Shown here piece after piece: positions 61,701-64,000 of a DNA stretch of 64,000 bases. How positions within the stretch are numbered: position 1 is the first letter of the stretch; each line of letters begins with the position of its first letter. Source of the DNA: Eutreptiella sp. 'Long Island Sound 2002'. Its lineage: Eukaryota > Protista > Euglenida. Where the stretch lies: contig OZ038378.1 of assembly GCA_964036045.1 (NCBI GenBank), forward strand, positions 182,156,001 through 182,220,000, in the 5' to 3' direction. Below the pieces are notes generated by a model, which saw nothing but the letters and a program-made list of their open reading frames with translations, was not told the origin of the DNA and made no database searches. Position numbers and translations under genes: made by a program.

Positions 61701-63397
61701 TTGAGAACATACTGTCATCCAAGAGGTTAGCCCCTCATTTTAACTACTGCACCTCCGGTTGGGGTCGGCCATCACCCTCCGACACAATGGTGGTGCATGC
61801 CACCGTGCCGTGTGCACTGTGTATCTCTGGGTGTCTCCGCAACTGCCGTTTTCAGATAGTTGCGTACTGCCTGACAGTGTAAGGCCCAGTGTCGCATGAT
61901 CGCGCTTTGTAGCATACCATTTGCCCCGTGCTGTGCGAGCATAAAGGTTGGGAAGCTTAGACAATAGGGGCAGTGTACAATTGAATGGCTAGAATGTATA
62001 GGGATCTTGAGTGTGCTGCATTTGGGTTGCCAGTTGGTTCGCTTAGCCCCACTTTTTGGAAGCCCAAAATGGTGGGGGTATTAGTGTGTGGATTCCCCCT
62101 CATGCTGCTCCTCACCAAGCAATTCACGTGCCCCAGTATGCCAACAAATTGCTGGGCCGGGTGTCACAGCTAGTTTCAAAGACCCGGCGTTGCAAGGGTC
62201 TTGTAGCGACTTTGCACAAGGCGGCTTCAAGCCATTCAGCGCCATGGCGAAGGTTTGGGACGGGGGGCTTGTGTGTGTGCGTGTGTGCGCGCGCGCATTG
62301 TCCAGATGCACCGTCAGTGAGCCTATTACCAACGGACGGTGGGTCCAGTGCCCAGTAGGCGTGTGTGGCTGCCGCTATCCACGGGGTAGTGCACCGTGAC
62401 CCTCCCAGCCTGAGCTGCGAGCCTGGAGGGTGGCATCATGGGTTGTATCTAGGGCATTAGATGCGGGCACTGCCTCTCGCACGAAATTTCCTATTTTCGT
62501 TTTTGTGGCACATAAAGCCATTCTAGACTGGCTGAGGGTGCAGTGCACAAGCTGGGACCTGTGGGGGCTGATGTAGGGGATTTGGGGTGGTGCGTTGTTG
62601 CCTTTCGTATTCAATGTGATGGGGGGGATAATAAATCCTTCCCTCCGCTACCAGTCGCACTGAAAATGATGGCAACAGAGCCTCTCGTTGTACTGACGGG
62701 CGTTGTACACACGCACCCTGAGAAGACACAAGCAGCGATAGTAAGGATGGGCAACAACACCTCGTGTTGTCCTGTTTGTCGCACGTGGGTTCAAGCGCTG
62801 CAAAGGGCAAGGGCAAGGGCAAGGGCAAGGGCAAGGGCAAAGACAAACGCAAAGAGCCTCAGGGTTATTCCTGGCGCGAGCAAAGGCTAGAGCTGGTTAA
62901 CACTCAACTGTCTTTACCCCCCGGTGAAGGAGGGAGGGAATGGTCAACAGTGGGCTGTTTATTCGCGTCGACAGCAAGAAGGGGAGTGGGACAGGTCGGA
63001 GGCCCCTCATTGGGGACACGCCTTCTCTCCCCAATACCTGGCCTTCGCAGCAACCGCCCCTTTCCATAGTCAATTGGACCCCCAGCTTTTCACGCTTAAC
63101 GGCAGGTATCTGACCGGGGACAAGCCAACAGCTATGGATTTGCGGCTGTTCATGACTTTGATCCGCTTTGATGCGGTGTATTTCGTGTACTTCAAAACAA
63201 ACAAGAAAAAGATCCGCGAGTATCCGAACCTGTTTGAGTATTGCAAGGACATGTACCAACTGCCCGAAATGGCCCGTGCCATCAACATGGACCATATCAA
63301 GATGCACTACTTCACCAGCCACCCCAGTCTCAACATGTACGGCATCATTCCGAAGGGTCCTGATGTGGATTACCTCCAGCCACACAATCGTGCATGA
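58785..63397 (+). CDS. Glutathionyl-hydroquinone reductase / omega-like glutathione S-transferase (ECM4/YqjG family), 339 aa; join(58785..59215,61429..61725,63106..63397)
   Basis: Motifs [23 protein letters not shown]...[35 protein letters not shown] and [10 protein letters not shown]. Two GT-AG introns (59216-61428 and 61726-63105) give a 1020-nt in-frame CDS ending at TGA 63397. Confidence 0.95.
62803..62838. repeat. (AAGGGC)6 microsatellite in GST intron 2
   Basis: Six exact hexamers. Confidence 0.95.
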
Positions 63398-64000
63398 GCA
63401 CTGTGTTACGCCGCTTTACCGCTTACCCCATGTGGCCCCGGAAGCCGAGCACTTTGTCAAGCCTGCCTTTCCATTCAGCCCGGTCCCCGGGAGCCACCAA
63501 TGCTCTCTGACGTAAGTCCCCTTACTGCTTTTCAATCTCCGCGAGTCTTTGCGGCCTACATGGGACGGATTGGGCTGCAGAAGAGTACAGTGATGGTTCC
63601 TCCCATGCGGCGAATGCAGAGTAGCGCCCGGTGTGTACGCACTTCGGAAGGGATTATTTCTATGCACAAAGTTATGATACAGCCAAAATTTACCAACACA
63701 CCGCGAGAGTCTCGTTCGGAGTGGGTGCACTCTAAAATCCAATGATTCCAAACTTTTTCTTTGCACCCCACTTTGGGGTGCACAAGACTTCAATTCAAAT
63801 GGTCACAACTGCCGAGTTGCCTCATGTTTTTGTTGAAAATCAGAGATTCATGCGACAGGGGTCCCAGATGCAGCCGAGCTTGGTTTCCTTTTCTACAGTA
63901 GGGCCTAGGACAAAACGGCATCGCTCTCCCCTGGCTCTCCACTGGCTGGGAACCTTTTACAAAATTTGATACTGGTTATTGTTGCTTTCTTCGAAAGCGG

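Noticed and set aside
62764-63069. ORF with GKGKGK repeat
   Set aside because: It comes from the (AAGGGC)6 microsatellite inside GST intron 2.
741-63397. Non-canonical (euglenid-type) introns
   Set aside because: All 10 introns I could define are ordinary GT-AG, so there is no evidence for them here.

Overview
Eukaryotic, repeat-rich genomic DNA with long canonical GT-AG introns. The organism cannot be fixed from the sequence, but it looks like a protist or alga with a large genome. I can support three protein genes, all on the + strand. (1) A PPP-family (calcineurin-like) Ser/Thr phosphatase homolog with at least 9 phase-consistent exons over 741-15337; its 5' and 3' ends are unresolved and it has a non-canonical GDYVDGG motif. 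(2) An intronless 793-aa secreted or membrane protein with a bacterial-type right-handed beta-helix, an EGF repeat and a C-terminal TM segment (49934-52315). (3) A 3-exon glutathionyl-hydroquinone reductase / omega-like GST of the ECM4/YqjG type (58785-63397). The rest is transposon debris and repeats. It includes a PIF/Harbinger-like family with GGGGG ends, 3-bp TSDs and 11-bp subterminal repeats, present as a decayed transposase copy with a C-terminal Cys finger, a copy carrying a Tudor/SH3-like ORF, a copy with a nested MITE, and a 56-bp minimal copy. There are also AGGGC-ended MITEs with 10-bp TSDs, other MITEs, a tandem array of tRNA-like Pol III promoter units, and satellites. Most short ORFs in the supplied track are spurious. 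I saw no rRNA, intact tRNA or CRISPR array.
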